Below are positions 51,248-60,785 of a DNA stretch of 64,000 bases, piece by piece. The stretch lies in NCBI GenBank assembly GCA_002011615.1, contig MTOH01000006.1, positions 18,036-82,035 on the forward strand, written 5' to 3'. The position numbers and the translations under genes are program-made. Origin of the DNA: Candidatus Hydrothermus pacificus (GTDB taxonomy: Bacteria; Hydrothermota; Hydrothermia; Hydrothermales; Hydrothermaceae). The notes beneath the pieces are model-generated. The model was not told the DNA's origin. It saw only the letters and a program-made list of their open reading frames with translations, and made no database searches. The stretch's first letter is position 1. Every line of letters begins with the position of its first letter.

Positions 51248-51849
51248 TCTTCCTCCCTTTCAATTATCATCCTTTCTCTTTTAAGTTTTTCCGCATTTAT
51301 TATTGTTTCTATCTCATGAACTGCTTTATCAATTTCTTTATTTATTATAACGTAATCATAAGCTGTCCAGAAATCCATTTCTTTCAATGCTTCTCTAAAT
51401 CTCTTAAAAGCATTTTCTTTTGAATCCTTTCTTTTCTCTATCCTTTTTTTTAGTTCTTCAATTGAAGGAGGTAAAATATATATTGCAACAGAGTCTTCCA
51501 TTTTCTTTTTAACCTTTCTCATTCCCTGAAAATCTATATCCATTATAACCACTTTACCCTCCTGGAGACTTTTTATAACAGGGTCCATGGGGGTTCCATA
51601 ATAATCTTCATAAACCCTGGCATATTCAAGCATCTTATTCTGTTTGACCATTTCCTCAAACTCCTCTCTGGAAATAAAGTAATAATCTCTCCCATTTGAT
51701 TCATCTTCTCTTGGCTTTCTTGTTGTGCAAGAGACGGAATAGAAAAATTCTCTGTTTTTTTCCGCAATTTTCCTGCATAGAGTTGTTTTACCACAACCTG
51801 AAGGTCCTGAGATTATCACACAGAATTTTCTGAAATCTCTTTTAATCAT
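51244..51849 (-). CDS. gmk: Guanylate kinase
   Basis: ISGPSGCGKTT, SVSCTTRKPR, YYGTP, LPPSIEEL. ATG 51849 chosen because the longer track ORF overlaps hslV. Confidence 0.96.
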   Translation of the reverse strand: MIKRDFRKFCVIISGPSGCGKTTLCRKIAEKNREFFYSVSCTTRKPREDESNGRDYYFISREEFEEMVKQNKMLEYARVYEDYYGTPMDPVIKSLQEGKVVIMDIDFQGMRKVKKKMEDSVAIYILPPSIEELKKRIEKRKDSKENAFKRFREALKEMDFWTAYDYVIINKEIDKAVHEIETIINAEKLKRERMIIEREEE

Positions 51850-51925
51850 TTTACAATTATAAAGTAAAAAATACTTGTGTTCAAATTTGGAAGAGTAATA
51901 GGTAAGTGGTGTATAATTTAGTTCT

Positions 51926-52450
51926 ATGAAGGCGACAACCGTAATAGGAGTGTTAAAAGATGGAAAAGCAGTCATAGGTGCAGATGGTCAGGTCACAATG
52001 GGTGAAACCGTTATAAAACACACTGCACAAAAGATTTTCAAACTATACAAGGGACAGGTTCTTGCAGGTTTTGCAGGCGCGGTTGCTGATGCATTTACCC
52101 TTTTTGAGAGTCTTGAAAGAAAAATAGAGGACGCGAGAGGAGACCTTGTTAAAGCATGTGTGAATTTTGCAAAGGAATGGAGAACTGATAAGTTTTTAAG
52201 AAGGCTCGAAGCAATAATGATTGTTCTGAACAAAGAAAAGATTTTGATAGTCTCAGGAAATGGCGAGGTTGTTGAACCAGAAGAAAGTGTTGCTGCGATA
52301 GGTTCAGGAGGGAATTATGCTCATTCTGCAGCTCTTGCTCTTTTGAAACACACAAACCTTTCTGCGAGGGAAATAGCTCTTGAAAGTCTTAAAATAGCCG
52401 CAAGGTTGTGTATATACACAAATGAAAAAATCTCAATACTTGAGATATGA
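51926..52450 (+). CDS. hslV: ATP-dependent protease peptidase subunit HslV
   Basis: ATTV, ADGQVT, GFAGAVADAFTL, WRTDKFLRRLEA, AIGSGG, CIYTN. Confidence 0.97.
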   Translation: MKATTVIGVLKDGKAVIGADGQVTMGETVIKHTAQKIFKLYKGQVLAGFAGAVADAFTLFESLERKIEDARGDLVKACVNFAKEWRTDKFLRRLEAIMIVLNKEKILIVSGNGEVVEPEESVAAIGSGGNYAHSAALALLKHTNLSAREIALESLKIAARLCIYTNEKISILEI

Positions 52451-53097
52451 CACCTGAACTAAGATTTGACAGACTCCTTGATTTCTTTGGTAAAAAGAAA
52501 GAAAAGAAAAAAGAAACAAAGGATAAAAAAGCAAAAGAAAAGAAGAAACAGAAAAAGGATGTAAAAAAGGAACCCGAGATTAAAGAAAAAGAAATCAAAA
52601 GGCAAAAAGTAAAAGTAGAAAAAATAGTAGAAGGTATCCCGGAAAAAGAAAAGGATAGAGAAAAGGAATTTCTTATTTTTAAAATGGGAAATGAATTTTA
52701 CTCTTTACCTTTAAGAAAGGTAAAAGAAATATACTCCACCCTTGAGGTCATAAAAGCACCTGAACTTCCTGAATATATCTCCGGCTTTGCAAAATTTAAA
52801 AAGAATATAGTCCCTGTAATTGATATTTCCAGGGTCCTTGATATAAGCCCATCAGAGGAAAAGAATTATGTTGTGGTTGAGGTGGGGAAAACCCCTCTTT
52901 TTCTTCTAATAGGAGAGATTAAGGGAATAGTTAAAGAAACAGAAGAGAATACTTTTGATGTTCCTTTCAATCTGGACAGGGATTTATTTCAGAAAATTAT
53001 TTATGAAAACGATATTTTGATAGGATGTATAAATCCTGATTACTTTTCGAGAATAAAAAAAGAAATTGTGGAAAGGGTCAAAGAAAAAGCTAAATGA
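52447..53097 (+). CDS. CheW-like domain protein with Lys/Glu-rich N-terminal extension
   Basis: FLIFKMGNEFYSLPLRKVKEI...APELPEYISG.....NIVPVIDI. Confidence 0.8.
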   Translation: MTPELRFDRLLDFFGKKKEKKKETKDKKAKEKKKQKKDVKKEPEIKEKEIKRQKVKVEKIVEGIPEKEKDREKEFLIFKMGNEFYSLPLRKVKEIYSTLEVIKAPELPEYISGFAKFKKNIVPVIDISRVLDISPSEEKNYVVVEVGKTPLFLLIGEIKGIVKETEENTFDVPFNLDRDLFQKIIYENDILIGCINPDYFSRIKKEIVERVKEKAK

Positions 53098-53804
53098 TAA
53101 AGGTTTCTTTACTCTCTCTTATTCAGGGTTTAACAGAATTTCTGCCTGTGTCCAGCTCCGGACATCTTGTGTTAATTCAGGAGCTTCTAAAATACAATCC
53201 AGAGGGAATAGGCCTTGAGGTTTTGCTTCACCTTTCAACCTCTTTTGCAATAATTGTTTATTTTTATAAAAAATTGGTCCCTTTTTATAAAGAGTATTAT
53301 AAAGAAGTTCTGATTGGAATAATACCAGCAGGGGTCGCAGGTATTTTTTTTAAAGGCTTTTTTGAAAAATTTTTTGAATTTCCCCACTTTCTTGGCATAT
53401 TTTTCATAATAAATTCTCTAATACTCTTTTTTGCAAAACAAAGGGGAAAGGAAAAGATAAACTTAAAAAAGGCATTAATAATCGGTTTTTTCCAGATTTT
53501 TGCACTGTTCCCGGGAATTTCAAGGTCGGGCATAACAATTTCAACAGCCCTTTTGCTCGGCTCTGATTCAAAAGACTCTTTTGAGTTCTCCTTTTTAATG
53601 GGATTGCCTTTAATTCTGGGAAGTGGAGTTGTGGAATTTCAGTATATAAGTTTAAATCTGGAAAATACGGTTGGCTTTATACTTTGTTTTATTTTCGGTT
53701 TAATCGCTCTTTTTATCCTTGATAAAATCTTAAAGATTAAGAAGTTCCACTATTTCTCTATTTATACCCTGATTCTTGGAATAATCGCATTTTTTATCTT
53801 ATGA
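53094..53804 (+). CDS. uppP: Undecaprenyl-diphosphate phosphatase
   Basis: QGLTEFLPVSSSGHL, PGISRSGITI, EFSFL. Confidence 0.96.
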   Translation: MIKVSLLSLIQGLTEFLPVSSSGHLVLIQELLKYNPEGIGLEVLLHLSTSFAIIVYFYKKLVPFYKEYYKEVLIGIIPAGVAGIFFKGFFEKFFEFPHFLGIFFIINSLILFFAKQRGKEKINLKKALIIGFFQIFALFPGISRSGITISTALLLGSDSKDSFEFSFLMGLPLILGSGVVEFQYISLNLENTVGFILCFIFGLIALFILDKILKIKKFHYFSIYTLILGIIAFFIL

Positions 53805-55042
53805 AGTATGAGGACGCAATAAAATATCTTTTTTCTCTTATAAATTATGAGAGAAAAATCCCGAAGGGAGAATATGATTTTGCAGGTTATATAAAATTTT
53901 TAAACAATACAGGAAACCCTGAAAAAAGCCTGTCTTTTCCAATAACTGTTGTGGGAACGAAAGGAAAGGGAACAGTTGCCCATCTTCTAACCTCAATCTT
54001 TTTAAGTTTGAATAAAAAAACAGGGCTTTATACATCCCCCCATATTCTTGATGTAAGGGAAAGAATAAGGATAAACTTTGAGAAGATACCCGAGCAAAAA
54101 CTTGCCGAAGGAATTGAGTTTATAAGGTCAAAGGAAAATATTAAAAGACTCACCTATTTTGAAGCACTCACAACAATTGCCTTCAGGTATTTTAAGGATG
54201 AGGGAACAGAGGTTCAAATTCTTGAGGCGGGGCTCGGCGGGAGGCTGGATTGCACAAATGCCGCAAATCAGAAGGTCACAATAATAACAAAGATTGATTA
54301 TGACCATGAAAGAACACTGGGGTATAATATTGAGAAGATTGCCTGGGAAAAAGCAGGGATTATAAAGGAGAAAAACCTTGTAATATCTGTTCCTCAGAAA
54401 AAAAGAGTTAAAAAAGTTATTGAAAAGGAATGCATAAGAAAAAAAGCTGAACTTTTTTTTATAGGAAAGGATATTCCCCTTGAGATTGATGGTAAAATCT
54501 TAAAACTCAGAATAAATTCAAAGACCCGTGAATTTCCGAATTTTTTAAAGGGAGATTTTAACTCCTACAACATTGCAGTATCTTCAGCCTGTGGTGTACT
54601 TCTGGGCTGTGAAAACTTTAACTTTGATAATTTTAAAATATCAGGGAGATTTGACATTTTAAAGGAAAACCCCCTTCTTATAGTGGACTGTGCTCACAAC
54701 CCCCTGTCTATATATACTTTTTTAAAAACTTTAAACAAGGAATATCCAGGAAAAGACTTTTTGATAATAATCGGGGTAAACAAGGATAAAAATTTAAAAA
54801 AAGTTGCAAGGATTTTGAAAAAATTTGATTATAAAATTGTAATTACAAAATCAAAAAGTCCGAGGGCATCGCCTTTGAAACTGCTTGAAAAAATATTTTC
54901 ACAAGAGGGCATAAAGATTTTTGATAAAGATGAAGAAATTAACAATCTGCTTTCAAAATACAGTGACAGGGATATTGCTGTTACAGGTTCTTTTTATTTG
55001 ATTGAGGAAGTTTACAGATTTTTAAATAAAGAGCCTTTATGA
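53801..55042 (+). CDS. folC: Folylpolyglutamate synthase/dihydrofolate synthase
   Basis: GTKGKGT, GLYTSPH, TYFE, EAGLGGRLDCTN, EKAGIIK, DCAHN. Confidence 0.93.
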   Translation: MKYEDAIKYLFSLINYERKIPKGEYDFAGYIKFLNNTGNPEKSLSFPITVVGTKGKGTVAHLLTSIFLSLNKKTGLYTSPHILDVRERIRINFEKIPEQKLAEGIEFIRSKENIKRLTYFEALTTIAFRYFKDEGTEVQILEAGLGGRLDCTNAANQKVTIITKIDYDHERTLGYNIEKIAWEKAGIIKEKNLVISVPQKKRVKKVIEKECIRKKAELFFIGKDIPLEIDGKILKLRINSKTREFPNFLKGDFNSYNIAVSSACGVLLGCENFNFDNFKISGRFDILKENPLLIVDCAHNPLSIYTFLKTLNKEYPGKDFLIIIGVNKDKNLKKVARILKKFDYKIVITKSKSPRASPLKLLEKIFSQEGIKIFDKDEEINNLLSKYSDRDIAVTGSFYLIEEVYRFLNKEPL

Positions 55043-56175
55043 AAAAATTAAAAATACTTCATGTATCCGATGCCTATTATCCCTTTCCAGGTGGTGTCTC
55101 GGAACACATGTATCATTTGAGTAAAGCATTAAGGGAAAGGGGGCACGAAGTTTATATTCTTACTGCAAATTATAATGGTCAGGAAGATGAAAAATATGTA
55201 AAAAGGGTCGGGAAAATCCACACCTTCCTTGCAAACAAAACCCAGATTACCTGGACGTTTTCCTGGAATCTTCCTTTTGAGGTGAAAAAGTTTATAAGGG
55301 AAAATAAATTTGATGTAATCCATACCCACGGACCCCTTGCTCCTAACCTTCCCTTTCTGGCACTCCACTTTTCAAACTCAATTAACGTTGCGACTTTTCA
55401 CACAGCCTTTGTGGGTTTTAATTTTTATAAAATAGCAAAATACTTTTTTAAAAATGCCTTTAAAAAAATAGACTGTGCAATATGCGTTTCAAACAAGGCA
55501 TTTGAGGAAATTTACCCTTATTTTCCTTATAAAGAAAAATACAGGATAATACCAAACGGAATAGATACACAGAGGTTTAAGCCCGAGGGAGAAAAAATAG
55601 AGAAATTTTTAAAACACAATTTCAAAATTCTGTATGTGGGAAGGCTTGAACCCAGAAAGGGGTTTCCTGTTCTTTTAAAAGCATTTGAGCTAATTGCGGA
55701 TAAAGTTGACGGAATTTTAATTGTTGCGGGAAAGGGAATAGAGGAAGAAAATTATAAGAAAATGGTTCCTGAGAGGTTAAAACCAAAGGTTTTCTTTGAA
55801 GGTTTTGTTCCCTTTGAAAAACTCCCCGCCTATTACAGAACCTGTGATTTATATGTCTCACCTGCTCTCGGAGGAGAAACATTCGGAATAGTCTTGCTTG
55901 AAGCAATGGCATCAGGTGCGTGCGTTATTGCATCAAACATTGATGGTTACAATGAAGTTTTAAAAGATGGCAAAAACGGAATTTTGTTTGAAAAGGGAAA
56001 TTATAAAGAACTTTCTGAAAAAATCTTAACGCTTTATAAAAATAAAGATTTAAGAAAAAAACTCGCTGATTCTGGATATAGATTTTCAGAAAACTTTGAC
56101 TGGAAAAAAATTACTGAAAAGGCTGAAGAGGTTTATTTAAAGATGGTTAAAATAAAAATTTCAGAAAAATATTAA
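55039..56175 (+). CDS. Glycosyltransferase family 4 (PimA-like)
   Basis: PGGV..H, IPNGID, YVGRLEPRKG, GETFGIVLLEAMASG. Confidence 0.93.
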   Translation: MKKLKILHVSDAYYPFPGGVSEHMYHLSKALRERGHEVYILTANYNGQEDEKYVKRVGKIHTFLANKTQITWTFSWNLPFEVKKFIRENKFDVIHTHGPLAPNLPFLALHFSNSINVATFHTAFVGFNFYKIAKYFFKNAFKKIDCAICVSNKAFEEIYPYFPYKEKYRIIPNGIDTQRFKPEGEKIEKFLKHNFKILYVGRLEPRKGFPVLLKAFELIADKVDGILIVAGKGIEEENYKKMVPERLKPKVFFEGFVPFEKLPAYYRTCDLYVSPALGGETFGIVLLEAMASGACVIASNIDGYNEVLKDGKNGILFEKGNYKELSEKILTLYKNKDLRKKLADSGYRFSENFDWKKITEKAEEVYLKMVKIKISEKY

Positions 56176-57208
56176 AGGGTGAAATCCTGCTTTTTCCTTT
56201 TACCTCTTTTCGCATTTTTTCCAGCTCAATAAATCTTGTGTCAAACTTTATGCCCCCTCCTATCTTAAAATTTTTAATCTTTCTCATATAGCCAAGATAA
56301 AACTCAAATATGTTTCTTGTTTTTACGGTGGTTTCATGAATCTCTGCTGGATATTCTGGATAAAATTTGTTTGAAAAAGAAAAGTTAAAAAGGTTTTTAT
56401 CTTTCTTATAATTAATTATTAAAGACATCTCGGGTTTTAATTGAATATACTGGTCAATAAAAATCTCAGAACCTCCGAATTTGTTTCCAAGAAAATGTGA
56501 GACCAGAAAAATAAATTTAAAACTGGATGCTGTATAACTGAGTCCTGCTCTTGCAGTGAAAGGCAAATTGGAAACAAATATGGATGGAGAACCCGTTAAA
56601 ATTATCCCTATACCATAATCAAGTTTTGTTTTCAACACATTCTCCAATAACAGAAATAAATAAATATTTTCATTTATATCCATTCCTGTTCCCAGATCAA
56701 GGGAAAAAGCATATTTTTTGAATTTGTAAACAATAGTGTCTTTTAAGGAATATCTTTTGTAGACATTAAGAAAAGGGTGGGAATAATAAAAAACTTTGGC
56801 ATTCAAATAACACTTAAATCTCTTATAGGGTAAAGCAAAGCCGATTTTGGTAATTAAGGTCGTTGCAATGAATTTGATTGTATCTTCGTCCCCATTTTCG
56901 TCCACCAAGTACAACTCGTTTAAAAAATCTCCTTCTTTTGAAAAGATAAGTTCCGTAAAGATAAATTTTTTATAAATAGAGAGGTTTAATAAATACTCTG
57001 TATAATCAAATTTATCTTTAAACATGGTATCTTTATGCTGATAGGAAAAATGTTCAAAGTAGAAGGATAAAAGAGTGTTTCTTTTTGAAAAAAAGGGGTT
57101 TTGACTCAAAATCATTGTATTGTCATAAAAAATAGAGGATTTCTGAGAAAATAAAAAAGAGGATAGACCTAAAAAAATAGGTATAAATTTTAATTTAGAC
57201 TTTAACAT
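56147..57208 (-). CDS. Putative outer-membrane beta-barrel protein
   Basis: Signal-peptide-like start, SLDLGT...ENV...LPFTARAGLSY (FadL/PorV-like by eye), terminal Phe. Confidence 0.55.
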   Translation of the reverse strand: MLKSKLKFIPIFLGLSSFLFSQKSSIFYDNTMILSQNPFFSKRNTLLSFYFEHFSYQHKDTMFKDKFDYTEYLLNLSIYKKFIFTELIFSKEGDFLNELYLVDENGDEDTIKFIATTLITKIGFALPYKRFKCYLNAKVFYYSHPFLNVYKRYSLKDTIVYKFKKYAFSLDLGTGMDINENIYLFLLLENVLKTKLDYGIGIILTGSPSIFVSNLPFTARAGLSYTASSFKFIFLVSHFLGNKFGGSEIFIDQYIQLKPEMSLIINYKKDKNLFNFSFSNKFYPEYPAEIHETTVKTRNIFEFYLGYMRKIKNFKIGGGIKFDTRFIELEKMRKEVKGKSRISPFNIFLKFLF

Positions 57209-57254
57209 GAATTTTTATAAGCGGGGGACCTCCTGCTCCTGAGTTAGCTTATAA

Positions 57255-57329
57255 TCGGGGCGCGCGGATTTGAACCGCGGACCTCCTGCTCCCAAGGCAG
57301 GCGCGCTAACCGGGCTGCGCTACGCCCCG
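57255..57329 (-). tRNA. tRNA-Pro (anticodon TGG), CCA not encoded
   Basis: CGGGGCGTAGCGCAGCCCGGTTAGCGCGCCTGCCTTGGGAGCAGGAGGTCCGCGGTTCAAATCCGCGCGCCCCGA folds as a cloverleaf with anticodon stem CCTGC/GCAGG. Confidence 0.97.
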
Positions 57330-57937
57330 TTAAGTGTCTTAATTTGCGGGTTTGAACCGCTGGTCTTTTGCTCGTTAAGTGTTTTTAATTTTAAAGTATT
57401 TCTTAAAAACTTCTCAACCTCTCCTTTCCCTTTATTGTTATCAACAAAAACAGTATATTTTTTTTCTTCCTCATCAATTTTATTGTGGAATTCTCTTTGT
57501 CTTATGTATATCTCCCATCTTCCATCGGATACATCCTTTTTTCTCTTCAAAAGTCTTTTTTTAATTTTTTCTTCATCTGCAAAGGGTGCGATTATCAGGA
57601 ATTTTACAGAAAGTTTATCAGCAATTTCTTTTGCCCTTTTTCTCCATTTTTTCTTTAAAAAACTTGCATCTATTATACAGGATTTTCCTTCTTTTAGAAT
57701 TTTTTCAGCCCTTTTAAGCATTTCTTTGTAAACCTCTTCAGATTTTTTTTGAGAATAAATACCCTTTCCGAATGGAACTATCACCTTTTTGTGAGGAGAA
57801 AAGCCGGACATCTCCTTCCTTACCCTGTCCGATTGAATTAATATTGAATTTTTTATAACTTTATTTAAAATTTTTGCCACAAAACTTTTACCAGAGCCGG
57901 TTAAGCCGAAGGTTATTATAAAAAATTTATTTTCCAT
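57320..57937 (-). CDS. P-loop kinase (AAA_33-like)
   Basis: GLTGSGKS, SDRVRK, GIYS, IIDASF, RL..RKKDVSD; the C-terminal tail runs into the tRNA leader. Confidence 0.85.
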   Translation of the reverse strand: MENKFFIITFGLTGSGKSFVAKILNKVIKNSILIQSDRVRKEMSGFSPHKKVIVPFGKGIYSQKKSEEVYKEMLKRAEKILKEGKSCIIDASFLKKKWRKRAKEIADKLSVKFLIIAPFADEEKIKKRLLKRKKDVSDGRWEIYIRQREFHNKIDEEEKKYTVFVDNNKGKGEVEKFLRNTLKLKTLNEQKTSGSNPQIKTLNGA

Positions 57938-58631
57938 TTAAAAGAAATTTCAGAACTGTTTTATTAAACTCTAAGGGTTTTTCTATCTGGGGTGCATGGG
58001 AACATCCTTTAAAAACCTTTAACCTGGAATTTTTGAGCAACTTTTTTGCTCTGCTGGCATGTTTGAGGGGTAGATAGGGGTCGTGGTTTCCCCATACAAT
58101 AAGTGTGGGGACTTTCAATCCGGGCAGATATTTTATAAGGTTAACCTCTCCGTGTCTCATTATGCTGGGAAAAACATGGTCTTTTTCCAGTCTTGCCAAG
58201 AGGGAAAAAATTTCCAGCAATACTCTTCCCGGAAGGGAGATTTCCTTTCCAAATCCCGCTGTATTGACAAGAACGAGTTTTTCAACCTTTTCGGGCTTTT
58301 TTACTGAATAATAAACCGCTATAGAGCCTCCGAGAGAATGCCCCATAAGTATGACTTTCTTAAAATTTAAAAATTCCATGAACTCAAAAAAGTGAGAGCT
58401 CAGATATTCAAAGGAGTAATTCACCCTTGGTTTGTCACTCAAACCGAAACCCGGTAAATCAGGAACAATTACCCTGTAGTATTTTGAAAAATGATTTATA
58501 TTGGGTTTCCACTCTTTTTCACCGCTTATCTTTCTTCCTCCACCGTGGAGCAAAATTAAGGGTTTACCTTTACCCTCCTCAAGATAATGAATTTTTAAGC
58601 CATTAACATTTAACCATTTACTTTTAAACAT
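57927..58631 (-). CDS. Alpha/beta fold hydrolase
   Basis: LLHG, PDLPGFGLS, GHSLGG, WGNHD, SHAPQIE. Confidence 0.93.
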   Translation of the reverse strand: MFKSKWLNVNGLKIHYLEEGKGKPLILLHGGGRKISGEKEWKPNINHFSKYYRVIVPDLPGFGLSDKPRVNYSFEYLSSHFFEFMEFLNFKKVILMGHSLGGSIAVYYSVKKPEKVEKLVLVNTAGFGKEISLPGRVLLEIFSLLARLEKDHVFPSIMRHGEVNLIKYLPGLKVPTLIVWGNHDPYLPLKHASRAKKLLKNSRLKVFKGCSHAPQIEKPLEFNKTVLKFLLNGK

Positions 58632-58645
58632 CTTCGACTTAGGGA

Positions 58646-60391
58646 TTATCTTTCTATTTTGTAATTAATTTTCCTTTTTGTTTTTAAAAATTTAATATGA
58701 ATAAAATAAGTTCCTTTTTTAAGATTTTTTAGTTTCTCCAAAATTATAACATTTTTTCCTTTTTTTAACCCTTCTTTTTTTGTTTTAAAGATATTCCTTC
58801 CTGTTATATCAAAAAGGGAAATCAAGATATCTTCTTCATAATCCGAGTAGATTGAAATTCTGTCTGGTGGTAAAAATCTGATTTTTTTATAATATTTTTC
58901 ATAATTCTTTTCTTTTATTTTAACTCCTGACATATCAATTTTTATAAAATCAATGCCATTACTGTCAGGACCAACATAATGCTTGTTTGTCCAGCTATCC
59001 CAGTGTTCGTGAACACCCAGTGAAGATGTGCCGTAGGATGAATCAGGTTCTGCCATTTCATGCAGGAAGTTCTGAGATGTTTCCATCTGGTTTGTTTCCG
59101 CATTCAGAAAATCCCACATTACAGAGGATATTGCAACAGGGTCCTGAGACATAAATACGGAGGAGGGCCAGTCATCACCGAACACTGACCATTTAAAGGG
59201 CAGGTTGTCACCCAGCTGTTTGCCGCCGTAAAGACCATCTCCAATAAAAAGTATGGTTTTTTTACCCAGATGTCTGTGGGCCATCAAATCAACAAAAGGA
59301 GACCATGCACCCATCTGGATTACCTGAGGTCTTATTGAATCATGCAGTCCCTCAGTTAGATTTGGAGATGCGGGTGATTCATAAAGAGAACCATAGTGAT
59401 TTTTGCCAAAAATAGTAATTCCTGAAATTGCATGGATTTTAAGTATCGCAATATCGATTAAATATTTTGCCTTCACTATGTTTGTATCTCCTATGTGCAC
59501 AATTTCGTTTTGAATACCACCGCCTGTAAAGTGAATAAGTGTATCGGACATACCTCTTACAAACCTTCTGTCGTTTGTGTATCCACCATATCTATCTACA
59601 AACCATACACCAGGAAAGGAGTCGATGATGGGATAATAAAACCTATCCGGTATCCTTTTTAAAACATCGTATATAAAAATACATGTTTCTGGAACACCTG
59701 CATGGTGAATTAATTGTCTTAAAAGGGCAATTACAATCTGGTGATTTGCATCGGTTTCATTGTCCTGGTCACCATAACCATCAGCGTTGTTAAAATTTAC
59801 CTTTATCCCTATTATTTCACCAGCAGTATAACCTGTCCCGTTGTTAAAGAATTTAAAAAGAGTATCCCATGCTTCTGAAATAGTCGGTTTACCTGTAAGT
59901 GCAAGTATTGCGGTGTCCATCATTGCATTAACAGCGGACTGGGAAAGGTTGTTTTCATCCCACCACTGTCCGTTTATCTCATCCCAAGAGGTTGCTGATG
60001 TATCATGAACCCATACAACCCTTCCAGGGTGTATACCCTTGGGTTCTCCTATTGGAGAATTCGGGTCAGTTGGGTCCCATTCAGGGGTATAAATGCTTCT
60101 ATAAGGAATGTTAAATAAAAGGAATACAAAGATTATTCCCAGTGAAGTTCCTGCTTTTTCCCAGAATTTTTTTGATTTTAAAAAGGATAAAAAGCCGAGA
60201 AGAGAAATTAACTGGAGCAGGAAAATGGTGGCAAAGGGAAGGGCTGCTCTCTGACAGGGATAGTTTAATCTGTGGGGCTTTCTACCTGACCTCAATAGAA
60301 TCCATAATAGAGAAAAAGGACCTATAATCCATGAAAGTATTTTCCATATTCTATTATCAGAATGTTTATTTTTTTCTGATTTCTTTTTCAT
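58646..60391 (-). CDS. DUF362-like protein with hydrophobic N-terminus and T9SS-like C-terminal domain
   Basis: KPHRLNYPCQRAA, PIGEPKGIHPGRVVWVHD, IGIKVNFN, LKIH...GITIFGKNHYG, SQDPVAI; tail FDITGRNI...KGTYFI. Confidence 0.72.
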   Translation of the reverse strand: MKKKSEKNKHSDNRIWKILSWIIGPFSLLWILLRSGRKPHRLNYPCQRAALPFATIFLLQLISLLGFLSFLKSKKFWEKAGTSLGIIFVFLLFNIPYRSIYTPEWDPTDPNSPIGEPKGIHPGRVVWVHDTSATSWDEINGQWWDENNLSQSAVNAMMDTAILALTGKPTISEAWDTLFKFFNNGTGYTAGEIIGIKVNFNNADGYGDQDNETDANHQIVIALLRQLIHHAGVPETCIFIYDVLKRIPDRFYYPIIDSFPGVWFVDRYGGYTNDRRFVRGMSDTLIHFTGGGIQNEIVHIGDTNIVKAKYLIDIAILKIHAISGITIFGKNHYGSLYESPASPNLTEGLHDSIRPQVIQMGAWSPFVDLMAHRHLGKKTILFIGDGLYGGKQLGDNLPFKWSVFGDDWPSSVFMSQDPVAISSVMWDFLNAETNQMETSQNFLHEMAEPDSSYGTSSLGVHEHWDSWTNKHYVGPDSNGIDFIKIDMSGVKIKEKNYEKYYKKIRFLPPDRISIYSDYEEDILISLFDITGRNIFKTKKEGLKKGKNVIILEKLKNLKKGTYFIHIKFLKTKRKINYKIER

Positions 60392-60785
60392 AAAGAATTT
60401 CCATAATTTTTTTGGAACTCATTTTTAAAAATTCCTTTGATAGTTTTTTCAGGCTTTCACCACTCATTGCCTTTTCAATTGCTTCCGGTAACACCCTTAT
60501 CCCTATTTCTTTATTTTTATAAAAATTGTAGAAAATCACCTTTATTCCCTTCCTCACCTTTTTAAGTTCTATATTGCCTTTTCCAGCAGTACAGGGGGTT
60601 GAACACTGAACTCCATCCATCACACAAATATAGGGTTTTTCAGGAATTGTGTAAACAATGCATTTAATATCCCTCCATTTTTCTGGCTTAAGATGTTTTA
60701 CCGCAAATCTTCCTATTTTATATCCTATTACAAGGAAAGGACCTTCATGACCATGAAATTTGACCGCTTCTTTATAGGAAAGCAT
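60366..60785 (-). CDS. FmdE (formylmethanofuran dehydrogenase subunit E) family protein
   Basis: FHGHEGPFLVIG, CVMDGVQCSTPCTAGKGNI. Confidence 0.88.
   Translation of the reverse strand: MLSYKEAVKFHGHEGPFLVIGYKIGRFAVKHLKPEKWRDIKCIVYTIPEKPYICVMDGVQCSTPCTAGKGNIELKKVRKGIKVIFYNFYKNKEIGIRVLPEAIEKAMSGESLKKLSKEFLKMSSKKIMEILYEKEIRKK

Noticed and set aside
51850-51975. 42 aa N-terminal extension of gmk
   Set aside because: Overlaps hslV head-to-head and spans the divergent promoters; ATG 51849 fits better.
57270-57731. 153 aa plus-strand ORF
   Set aside because: Antisense to tRNA-Pro and the kinase gene; artefactual.
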